Assembly (NCBI GenBank): GCA_951406725.2
Contig: OX597832.1
Location: 41,664,001-41,728,000 of the forward strand
DNA: 64,000 bases
Source of the DNA: Octopus vulgaris
Taxonomy: Eukaryota
Direction of reading: 5' to 3'
Part shown: piece by piece, positions 52,731-64,000 of the stretch
Layout of the letters: every line of letters starts with the position of its first letter
Numbering within the stretch: the first letter of the stretch is position 1
Position numbers and translations under genes: made by a program
Notes under the pieces: generated by a model
The model's input: the letters and a program-made list of their open reading frames with translations, nothing else
Databases searched by the model: none
What the model was told of the DNA's origin: nothing

Positions 52731-53174
52731 ATCTAGGATTACATTATTCAATGTCCCCTTGTTGTTATGATAGGAGGATGTAGTCTGAGAGAAATTTAGC
52801 TGTTATCTCCAGCAGGCTGTGTAACCTCATAGAGGTTCCTTTGTAACTCAGTGTTTAAGATGCTTGGATGACACCCCTGAACATGTAGACCTATGATCAA
52901 ATTATTCCAGCCTCAGTCATCCATCTAGCACTAAATTGTCCAATCCAATATGTCCTTCCAATTTTAAATTTGTAAGGCATAATTTTGAGGATTTTAGCTG
53001 CTATGTTTAGCAGGACATGCAACCACAGAGTTTCCTCTGTTGACTCATCGCTGTTGTTGTTGTTGTTGGACATCATTGCTAGCAGAAACAACAGATGAGA
53101 AGCCAACATAAAACGGCAAAGATGGAATACATAAGACACCAACTGGACAAACATAATCAAAGACATCAAATTTA

Positions 53175-53700
53175 AAGAAGAAGAAGAAGAAAGAAGAAGA
53201 AGAAGAAGAAGAAGAAGAAGGAGGAGGAGGAGGAGGAGGAAGAAGATGATGATGGAGGAGGAGGAGGAGGAGGAGGAGAAGAAGATGATGAAGAAGAAGA
53301 ACGAGGTGGAGGAGGAGGAGAAGAAGAAGGAGGAGAAGCAGGAGGGGGAAGGAGAAGAAGAAGATGAAGATGATGAAGAAGGGGGAGGGGGATGAGGAGG
53401 AGGATGGGGTGAGGAGGAGGATGAGGAGGGGGAGGAGAAGAAGATGAAGATGATGAAGAAGGAGGAGGAAGAGGAGGAGGAGGAGCAGCAGCAGCAGAAA
53501 AAGAAGATGAAGAAGATGATGATGAAGAAGGGGGAGGGGGAGAAAGGGGGAAGAGGGAGGATGTAGAGGAGAAGGAGGAGAGAGAAGAAGAATGGGAATG
53601 GGAGGAGGATGACAATGACAAGACAAAAGTGAAGAAGATGAAGGAAAAAGATGAACAAGAACAAAGCAAAGATAAGAGAAAACGAGGAGGAAGAGGATGG
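53175..53700. repeat. (GAA/GGA/GAT)n purine-rich trinucleotide tract
   Basis: Direct inspection. Confidence 0.9.
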
Positions 53701-53809
53701 GAATGATACAGAATAACAACAACAACATCAAAAGATGTGAGAGTGCGAGAGAGAGAGAGAGAGAGAGAGTGTGTGTGTTTGTTTGCGTGTGTGTATGTTT
53801 GTGTGTGTG

Positions 53810-53844
<35 letters not shown>

Positions 53845-53861
53845 ATGTTTGTGTGTGTGTA

Positions 53862-53916
<55 letters not shown>

Positions 53917-54409
53917 TGTGTGTGTGTATGTATGTTTGTGTGTGTGTATGTTTGTGTGTGTGTGTGTGTGTGTTTGTGTGTGTGTGTGCGTGTGTGTGTG
54001 TGTGTGCATGTGTAGTGGTGGAGTTACGGAGAAGCAAACATCAATTGTGACCGATATCCAATTGTAGAATTTCCTAAACATTGATTGCTGAAGAAGTTAT
54101 TTATAGACAGAAATATTTCTGTGGAAGAAGACACAATGTCCACTTTGGGAAACAGATTGTCTGCAAGCAGAACAGAACGATGGCAAAATATTGGAGGAAG
54201 AACTGAAGAAGCCACAATTAGGGGCAGATGATGGTAGAAGGTGGGATTGGAGAGAGAGAAGTGATGGGGGTTTCCTTTCCATGTGATTCTTTTATTCTTT
54301 TATTTTTTCATTTGAATGCAGCCATGCTGGAGCACTGCCTTTTTAGTCAAACAAATCGGCCCCAGGACTTATCTTTAAGCGTCTTACTTATGACAGCCAC
54401 GTAGGCACC

Positions 54410-54806
54410 TCTTTTCTCTTTTACTCTTTTACTTGTTTCAGTCATTTGACTGTGGCCATGCTGGAGCACCGCCTTTAATCGAGCAACTCGACCCCGGGAC
54501 TTATTATTTTGTAAGCCCAGTACTTATTCTATCGGTCTCTTTTGCCGAACCGCAAAGTAACATAGACACACCAGCATCGATTGTCAAGCAATGCTAGGGG
54601 GACAAACACAAACACACACGCATATATATATACACATATATACGACGGGCTTCTTTCAGTTTCCGTCTCCCAAATCCACTCACAAGGCTTTGGTCGGCCC
54701 GAGACTATAGTAGAAGACACTTGCCCAGGGTGCCACGCAGTGGGATTGAACCCGGAACCATGTGGTTAGTAAACAAGCTACTTACCACACAGCCAATCCT
54801 GCGCCT
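54410..54806 (-). mobile_element. SINE-A, full length (extra tail fragment at ~54285-54375)
   Basis: Family sequence. Confidence 0.9.
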
Positions 54807-54876
54807 ATGGTGATTTTTTTTTTTTCAATATAGACACAATGCCACACATTTTGGTAGGGAGACAACAGTTGATTAA

Positions 54877-55095
54877 CCCTTTAGTGTTCTGATTATTCAA
54901 TCAAACATAATGCCTATTGATTCCCATTGATTTGAATTAATCATGCATTATCTCATATCTTCAAGATCTTGATGGTGTAATTACTTAATGTAGAATAACA
55001 TTGTAGGGTAGGTGTGATGGCCTGGATCTGGTCAGTTTGAACATAAAGCAGATTAAATATTTTGGCCGAATATAGCCGGTTTAAATACTAAAGGG
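54877..55095. mobile_element. piggyBac-like MITE
   Basis: TTAA-CCCTTTAGT ... ACTAAAGGG-TTAA. Confidence 0.85.
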
Positions 55096-55525
55096 TTAAA
55101 TCAGCACAAGTACTTGACTTAATTAGTACCTAGCCATGAGCTGTCAACCCACTCTTGCCCTTCATTCCAAACAGACACAGTCTTAGATTTAGTAGTTGAT
55201 AAAAAGACTAATAAATTAAAAATGAACCACAATCCTTTCCAGCTATGACCCCCCCCCAGTAAACTTCATGCATTTCTTGGAAGTGTAGTCTATTCTTAAC
55301 TACAATAGCGACAACGTGGATTTCTTCCATCTGCGTGCTCTGTTAGAGTATTTGAGTAAAATTTTATTAATGTGTCCGACTGGTTAAAATTCTATTTATT
55401 TATTTGTGCAGCTGAGGATAGCCCTGCATTTAAATTGATGTAACGATTGCATTGTCCAATTAAATTAAGCCACATGAAATAGTTGTATTGCATCACTTTT
55501 TGATATCCTGTTGCTTATTTTGATT

Positions 55526-55906
<381 letters not shown>

Positions 55907-56225
55907 AAGGGTAAAGGGTAAAGACCCCCTTCGGTCATGAATGACCATGGGATTGCACCTAGAAAGTTACCCTCCTAGACACAAGTCCGGGCAAGGTTGT
56001 TTATGGAAGGCCAGCAGTCGCCCATGCATACCGGCCTCCCCTCTCCACGCCACCAGTGTTATCCAAGGGAAAGACAAAGGTCAATACAGCTTGGCACCAG
56101 TGACGTCGCAACTCATTTCTACAGCTGAGTGAACTGGAGCAACGTGAAATAAAGTGCCTTGCTCAAGAACACAACACGCAGCCCGGTCCGGGATTCGAGC
56201 TCACAACCTCACGATCGTAAGCTCG
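55907..56225 (-). mobile_element. SINE-E (tRNA-derived, CORE-like), 5'-clipped, in (TA)n
   Basis: gagctcgaatccc B box; gtgttcttgagcaaggcacttt; (TTTACCC)n tail. Confidence 0.8.
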
Positions 56226-56253
56226 ATATTATATATATATATATTATATATTA

Positions 56254-56345
<92 letters not shown>

Positions 56346-56348
<3 letters not shown>

Positions 56349-56368
56349 TGTATGTGTGTGTGTGTGCA

Positions 56369-56426
<58 letters not shown>

Positions 56427-56710
56427 TGCATGTGTTTTTGTGTGTGTCTGTGTGTGTGTGCATGTGTTTTTTTGTGTGTGTGTGTGTGTGCATGTGTTTG
56501 TGTGCATGTGTTTTTGTGTGTGTGTGTGTGTGCATGTGTTTTTGTGTGTGTGTGTTTGTGTGTGTGTGCATGTGTTTTTGTGTGTGTGTGTGCATGTGTT
56601 TTTGTGTGTGTATGTGTGCATGTGTTTTTGTGTGTGTATGTGTGCATGTGTTTGTGTGTGTGTGTGTGCATGTGTGTGTGTGCATGTGTTTTTGTGTGTG
56701 TGTTTGTGTG
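56346..56710. repeat. Minisatellite (gt)n-gcatgtgttttt
   Basis: About 12 recurrences of gcatgtg. Confidence 0.9.
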
Positions 56711-57392
56711 TTAGTCAGTGTGAACAAATAAAATGAAGTAGCAATCCACACGTCAGGTCAGTGTTCTTATATAAGTATTTCGTAACAGTTTGACTCAGCT
56801 CCACATTGCTTAGTTTTGTGGCTTTGGAAAACCCGTCCACATCATCAGATGTTTGGAGAGAAGCTGAAGTGAATCTAAAAGAAATTTCAAATGGTTTCTA
56901 GGTGAGAGTATTTCGACTGCCGTGCCGTGTCGCTGTCAATCAGTTCAGGTGACATGATTGTTTATGTTATCAAAGCGACATCAGTTCATTTGTTGGTAGG
57001 TCTACACAGTGAAGCCAACAAAGTGTATGCATTATTTTAGTTGTCATTCAGTAGAGTTTGATATCTTAGTGACATCAGATATTTTTATACTGAATGCTCT
57101 ACCTACATGACAGGGCAGGTAAGATGTTGGTATCAGTTAGTGATCACTCTGTAGGGTGTGATATTTAACCACATGGGGAGATAACTGATTTGATGATAGA
57201 TTACATATGAGTTGTTTGACCAGTAAGACTGATATAGTGAGCTGTAATCTCTATTTACAGCAGGAATAAGATATCCAGCCATTGTTCTTGCATGAGCTAG
57301 ACCAAGTGTGGTGTATCTTGGATTATCAGTGACCAGTGGCCTGAAGTTCATTAACAGGGGTGTACCACTGGTAGTGGTAACAGTTTTCTTAA

Positions 57393-58187
57393 GGCGACGA
57401 GCTGGTAGAGACGTTAGCACGCCAGGCGAAATGCGTAGCCGTATTTCATCTGTCTTCACGTTCTGAGTTCAAATTCCGCTGAGGTCGACTTTGCCTTTCA
57501 TCCTATCGGGGTCGATTAAATAAGTACCAGTTACGCACTGGGATCGATATAATCGACTTAATCCATTTGTCTGTCCTTGTTTGTCCTCTCTGTGTTTAGC
57601 CCCTTGTGGGTAGTAGAGAAATAGGTATTTAGTCTGCCGTTACGTTCTGAATTCAAATTATGCCGAGGTCGACATTGCCTTTCATCCTATCGGGGTCGAT
57701 TTAATAAGTACCAGTTACGCACTGGGGTCGATATAATCAACTTAATCCGTTTGTCTGTCCTTGTTTGTCCTCTCTGTGTTTAGCCCCTTGTGGGTAGTAA
57801 AGAGATAGGTAAAGAAATAGGTATTTAGTCTGCCGTTACGTTCTGAGTTCAAATTATGCCGAGGTCGACATTGCCTTTCACCCTATCGGGGTCGATTAAA
57901 TAAGTACCAGTTACACACTGGGGTCGATATAATCGATTTAATCCGTGTGTCTGTCCTTGTTTGTCCTCTCTGCGTTTAGCCCCTCGTGGGTAGTAAAGAA
58001 ATAGGTATTTAGTCTGCCGTTACGTTCTGAGTTCAAATTATGCCGAGGTCGACTTTGCCTTTCACCCTATCGGGGTCGATTAAATAAGTACCAGTTACGC
58101 ACTGGGGGCGATATAATCGACTTAATCCCTTTGTCTGTCCTTGTTTGTCCTCTCTGCGTTTAGCCCCTTGTGGGTAGTAAAGAGATA
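57393..58187 (+). mobile_element. SINE-B tetramer inside one 16-bp TSD
   Basis: Units start 57393, 57624, 57820, 58004 (184-bp period); TSD ggtaacagttttctta 57376-57391 / 58188-58203. Confidence 0.95.
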
Positions 58188-58935
58188 GGTAACAGTTTTC
58201 TTATTGACAGATATTGCAAGCAGGTGAAGCATGTGCAGTTTCTCAGGGAGGCAGAGTTGGCTGCTACAAGTCCCAAGTAAGGTGTCTATGTCAAGGCTGC
58301 TTTATGGGATGTTGAGGAAGTAATTTTGGTAGTCCCAGAGTCTCCAGTTAAAGCAGGACAGGAAGGTGGAGTTTTTCCCTGTTCCTTCCCCTGAATGAAT
58401 ATATGTAGCTTTCCTTAAAGTGATTGGCTGTTAAACCCATGTAGAACCTTATGATGCCATATATAATGTATGTGTGTTTACATATATGTGTGTGTGTGCA
58501 TGTTTATGTATGCATATATGTATGTGTTTGCATATGTGTGTGTGTGCATGTATATGTATGTGTATGTGTGTTTGCATATGTGTGTGTGTGTGTGTGCATG
58601 TCTATGTATGCATATTTATATGTATGTGGGTGTGTGCAGAACCGCATATGCATTTACCTCAACCACCCCTTGATAACCAGTGTTTGTTAGCTTACATCCC
58701 TGTAACTTAGCAGATCAGCAGAAAGAGACTTATAGAATAAGAATCCGACGTAAAATAAGCAACTGTGGTTGATTTGATCAACTAAACCCCCTTCAAGATG
58801 GTGCCCTAGTATATGGACACAATCCAGTGACTGAAATGAGTAAAAGGATAACTCCTGGTCCCTTGCTATACACACCTCTATGAAGTTCAAATACCGCCCC
58901 ACACACACCTTGCAATATTGCTCACATATATCTAT

Positions 58936-59240
58936 ATATTTTTTGTTCCTTCTCAAGCCATGCCTGGCTCATAAGGGCCGGTTTCCCGGTTTCCTTGGCG
59001 TATAGGTTCCCCACCTGGACGGGACGCCGGTCCGTCGCAGGTGAGCTGCAAAATGCAGGAGGAAAGAGTGAGAGAAAGTTGTGAAAAGAGTCAGCAGAAG
59101 TTCGCCATTACCTTCAGCCGGAGCCGGGTGGAGCTTAGGTGTGTTGCTCATAAACACACACATCGCCCGGTCTGCGATTTGAACCCACGATCCCTCGACC
59201 ACGAGTCCACTGCTCTAACCACTAGGCCATGTGCCTCCAC
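58936..59240 (-). mobile_element. SINE-D, full length with TSD
   Basis: TSD acatatatctat 58924-58935 / 59241-59252. Confidence 0.92.
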
Positions 59241-59270
59241 ACATATATCTATGGTATGGTACTGTTGTTA

Positions 59271-59686
59271 GGCAGCGAGCTGGCAGAATCGTTAGCACGC
59301 CAGGCAAAATGCTCAGCGGTATTTCGTCTGCCGCTCCGTTCTGAGTTCAAATTCTGACATGGTCAACTTCGCCTTTCATCCTTTCGGGGTCGATTAAATA
59401 AGTACCAGTTACACAATGGGGTCGATATAATCGACTTAATCCGTGTATCTGTCCTTGTTTGTCCTCTCTGTGTTGAGCTCCTTGTGGGTAGTAAAGAAAT
59501 AGGTATTTCGTCTGTCGTTACATTCTGAGTCCAAATTCCGCCGAGGTCGACTTTGCCTTTCATCCTTTCGAGGGTCGATTAAATAAGTACCAGTTACGCA
59601 CTGGGATCGGTGTAATCGACTTAATCCGTGTGTCTGTCCTTGTTTGTCCTCTCTGTGTTGAGCCCCTTGTGGGTAGTAAAGAAATA
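59271..59686 (+). mobile_element. SINE-B dimer with TSD
   Basis: TSD gtatggtactgttg 59254-59267 / 59688-59701. Confidence 0.92.
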
Positions 59687-60283
59687 AGTATGGTACTGTT
59701 GCTTCTAGTCATACAAATATCTCAGAGTTTCCCTCACTCACTCACACACAGAGATCTCTGACTCACACACGCAGTCTCCTCTCTTGACCCTTCTACCACT
59801 ACTATAACAGTGTCTCTGTTCTTCTGGACTAATCATCAACATACCCTTTCCACCCAGGCAACAGCAGCAGCACTAGCTGCAGCACCAGCAGCAGCAATAG
59901 TAATAACAGTAGCAGCACCAGGTGTTGTTGTTGTTGCTGTTGTTGTTGATGTGTCAACTAAAGCCAGCGCGCAAGACGAAATTGTTCAATGCCAAAATAG
60001 CGGTTCATTATTTATCTTTATAATGTATAGATTTACAAGATAGCGACGGTAACGATGATGATGATGATGATGGAAGGTGCGGTAATGGTGGTAGTGTTGG
60101 CATGCTATTGTTGTTGTTGTTGTTGTGGTGGTGGTGGTGGTGGTGGTGGTGATGAGTGTATGTGGAGTGTTGGTTAAGTTGATCTTGTGTATGTGTGTGT
60201 GTGCATGTGTGCACCTCTGCATGTGTTACATGTCTCTCGGGTGGTATACGTTAGGGGTTGTAACAAGTGTCAGTCATTTTCTC

Positions 60284-60551
60284 TGGAGAGAGAGAGAGAG
60301 GGAGAGAGAGGAGAGAAGGAGATAGGGAGAGAGAGAGAGAAGGAGAGAGGGAGAGAGAGAGAAGGAGAGTGGGAGAGAGAGAGAGAGGAGAGAAGGAGAG
60401 AAGGAGAGAGAGAGAAGGAGAGAGAGAGAGGAGAGAAAGAGAGAGAAAGAAGGAGAGAGGGAGAGATAGGGAAGGAGAGAGGGAGAGAGAGAGAAGGAGA
60501 AAGGGAGAGAAGGAAAGAGAGAGAAGGAGAGAAGGAGAGAGAGAGAGAGAG
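60284..60551. repeat. (GA)-rich polypurine tract
   Basis: Direct inspection. Confidence 0.9.
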
Positions 60552-62250
60552 ATGGCCAGCCAATTATGTTCTCTCTTTAACTCTCTCTTCCCACTGCTTC
60601 ACCCAATTTCTTACGTTTTTTTTATATATATTTTATATATTTTATACATATTTTATATATTTTATATATTTTATATATTTGTTTTATATATTTTTATTTG
60701 TTAAACCCGTGGAAAATTTGAAAACAAAGCAGTGAAAATTGAAAAATCTTCAAGTGGTTGACAGAAAACGAAAAAGATCCTTATATCTTTTATGCCTCTT
60801 TTCCTTATATCTTCTCTTCTTCATCTTGACTCCTTTCTGATTTTGCCTTCATTTCCATGCCCATCACCAACATAACCACTGCTAACACCAATAGCCCACA
60901 ACACTAACACTGTTGCTATAATCATAGCTTTAGAAAGTCAGCATGACTATGTATGTGTGTGTGTATGCATGTGTCTATATGCATAGTGCTATCTAATGAG
61001 AATAAAACTACCTAATTTAGATTTTAAAAAAAGGCAAGCGGTCTAAATTAGTATCGAAGGGCAGTAACTCCTGTCGTTATATAACAATGAGTTTGCTTCT
61101 TCGTGGTCATTAGAGAGGCAAGAGATAGTAGCTAAATTTCTGTCAAACAACCTCTTACAATCTAAAATATTGAAAGACATTTGTATAATATAGTCTTTGG
61201 TATACAAAAAAACTACTGCTTAATAAAGAAGTTGTGGTGAAAAACAACAACAATAGCCTCAAACACTTGAGCTGATGAAGGACTCTATACGATAGCTAGA
61301 TCTACTAGAAATAGCAACAAAATCTCCTTCAAATTAATAATCTGTAGTCTAAAAAAAGGACACTGGATAATGTAGTCCTAGAATCACTGGTCGGGAAAAG
61401 GAAAGACAGAGTTGTCATCGCTGCAATGACAAACCTGGGAATCTGGAATGAATTTTATTAGAGGTTGGGGTACACGTTTTCTTAAGGATAGCCTTCCAAT
61501 CTCTGAATACTGGCCCCAATAAATAAAAATATTTCCTCTGATGTCTAAGAAATTTCTAGACCTGAATAACTGTGTACCTCTTGCACATCCTCTCTTTGAT
61601 CTTACGGATAGGTCAGGGCTGTAGTAATGAGTGTCCATAACTACCTCCAGCAGGGTACTATCTTGGATTCTTCTTGATTGTTCTTAGCTAACAGATTACA
61701 CTGTGTAACAATTAAAAAATTTTTTTCTTTTGGTCTTTGGTCAGTAAGTGTTATTTCCTATTTGCTTCTATCTAGAAATCAAAAGAAATTACTATTATTC
61801 CCTTAAAACTCTCCTTTTGTGACCTGGACATCACTAAGGTGATGAAGCAAAAATATCATTATAGTAAATATTCCACTCAGTACCACAGATCTGCTTGTTG
61901 GTTGCTTGACCATAACCACTTGACCATGTCCCTTAGTGGCTGACAAACAATATGTGCATCTCTGATCATGAGCAGGAGTAGTGGAGAAGAATTGTAGCCA
62001 TGTGTTGAGAGGGATTCTTTGGGTTATGAATAAATGTAACAGAAGCAAAATTGCTACTCAAGGCCCCTACTCAAAAAGTGGGAGCATACTCAAGGGCTAC
62101 TCAGGGTGGCACATGCTTTATAGTTATGCCACTGTTCACCAACCAGCTAACCAACACATGGGTGGATGCTCACCTTCCTAAAAACCATGGGCAATAGTAC
62201 TGTGTCTGCTGGTAAACTTAAGACCCTAACTGACATTCAAACAGGATATA

Positions 62251-62866
62251 TCATCATCCTCATTGTTTAACGTCCGTTTTCCATGCTAGCATGTGTTGGA
62301 CAGCGAGGTGGCAGAACCGTTAGCACCCCGGGTGAAATGCGTAGCCGTATTTCGTCTGCCGTTACGTTCTGAGTTCAAATTCCGCCAAGGTCAACTTTGC
62401 CTTTCATCCTTTCGGGGTCGATAAATTAAGTACCAGTTATGCACTGGGGTCGATGTAATCGACTTAATCCGTTTGTCTGTCCTTGTTTGTCTCCTCTGTG
62501 TTTAGCTCCTTCTGGGTAGTAAAGAAATAGGTTTGACCGGGGTCTGGGAAGCCAGGAGGCTGCACCAGGCTTCAGTCTGATCTGGCAGTGTTTCTACAGC
62601 TGGATGCCCTTCCTAACGCCAACCACTCCGTGAGTGTAGTGGGTGATTTTTACGTGCCACCGGCACAGGTGCCAGGTGAGGCTAGCAACGGCCACAATCG
62701 GTTGGTGCTTTTCACATGCCACCGACATGGAAGCCAGTCGAGGTGGTGCTGGCAACAGCCATGTTTGGATGGTGCTTTTTACATGCCACCAGCACTGGTA
62801 TCACAACTACAATTTCCATTGATTTTTTTGATTGATTTCGATTTCCCTTGCCTCAACAGGTCTTCG
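62251..62866 (-). mobile_element. RTE LINE 3'UTR (family C) interrupted by SINE-B
   Basis: 62251-62302 resumes at 62530 (ggtttgaccggggtctggg). Confidence 0.85.
62303..62529 (+). mobile_element. SINE-B monomer nested in RTE 3'UTR
   Basis: Family sequence ending aaagaaata. Confidence 0.9.
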
Positions 62867-63860
62867 CATCACATCCATCACAAGTGCAAATTATAATTTT
62901 TGGCTTCTGTAATAATTTCATTCAGTTCTTGGGAAGCTCCGAAGGTTCTTAAAATCAGTCCTGTAATACTTGACTGCTACTTTTATTTTATCAGCCCTTG
63001 AAGAAAGAATGGCAGTCAAACTTTGTCGGTTATTTCAATAAAAAATGTAAAAGGGATGTAACTGAATACCACAAAGTATTTTCCAATGGATCTACCAATT
63101 TACCATAAGTGAGTTGATGATGATGTGATGATGACGATGATGATGATGACTGCAAACAACAACAATGATGATGATGATGACAAAATCAACAATGATGATG
63201 ATGATGATGGTGAGGATCACTGTTGTTACCATCATTTTGATGGTGATGATGATGATGATGATGATGCTGTTGTTTTTGTTATGGCTGTTCTGAACCGATA
63301 CCAATTGCGTTTCCACCATTCTTTAACAATCTGGTTCATCTAATCAGCCGTCATCATTGATTATGCTGCCAAGATATGCAAATTTGGCTTGCTCTATCAG
63401 ATTTTTGGCCAACATCTATCTTTGTAGGGTTCTTGTTTTATTTTGTTTGAGTGATTTTTTAATGTTTTTTTTTGTTTTTTAATGTTGATTTCATTTGAAG
63501 CCCTTTTGTTTGTGTTTGCTACAAAGACAAACAGATTCTGCAATCTTTGTACACTTTCCCTCCCTTGCATCACAACAAGGCCGCTGCCATTAGCCAAGAG
63601 AACTTATCTGATATACAGCTAAGATGATATGATTCTGGTTCAGAACTGTGAAGTTCCAAACAGGACTGCATTTGGGTGTGTCTGGATTAAATACCATTAT
63701 CCATATCTTTGAATGTTGCTTTAAGCATTGCTGACAAGAATCAGGAAAACATATTATATAGCTATTGTACCAGTGACCTCTGCTATTATTGGGCGAATAC
63801 ATTTGCAGTGCATGACTGCTGCCAGCAAAATAGTATGTCTACAATGTGTGTGGTGTGAAT

Positions 63861-63861
63861 G

Positions 63862-63897
<36 letters not shown>

Positions 63898-64000
63898 TAT
63901 TATTATTATTATTATTAATTATTATTATTATTATTATTTATTATTATTATTATTATTATTAATTATTAATTATTAATCATCATCATCATCATCATCATCA
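63861..64000. repeat. (ATT)n then (CAT)n microsatellite
   Basis: Direct inspection. Confidence 0.95.

Noticed and set aside
52897-54037. 255-330-aa ORFs
   Set aside because: Open only because trinucleotide and dinucleotide repeats lack stop codons.
57393-58187. CRISPR-like periodicity
   Set aside because: 184-bp units with no unique spacers; a SINE multimer in eukaryotic DNA.
57130-58430. Possible decayed CR1 RT on the minus strand around the tetramer (also ~61420-61680)
   Set aside because: Only scattered residues match; needs tBLASTn or HMM support.

Overview
AT-rich, microsatellite-saturated eukaryotic non-coding DNA (intron or intergenic). The repeat families and (TA)n/(CA)n/(GA)n/(ATC)n load suggest an octopus/coleoid cephalopod genome (inference). 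I found no intact host CDS; nearly all listed ORFs are translations of simple repeats or SINEs. Recognisable content: several tRNA-derived SINE families (labelled here A, B, D, D', E; labels are mine), 3' fragments of RTE LINEs, two tandem R4/Dong-type LINE remnants at (TAA)n tracts, a CR1/L2-like 3' end, two Helitron remnants, and hAT- and piggyBac-like MITEs. Four fold-back insertions resemble Penelope-like (PLE) termini and carry minimal hammerhead-ribozyme motifs, one with a G3-C8 swap of the conserved C3-G8 pair. Other notable structure: head-to-tail SINE-B multimers inside a single TSD, ~120-bp duplications flanking SINE-A insertions, and local inverted copies of SINE plus flank. All alignments and folds were done by eye.
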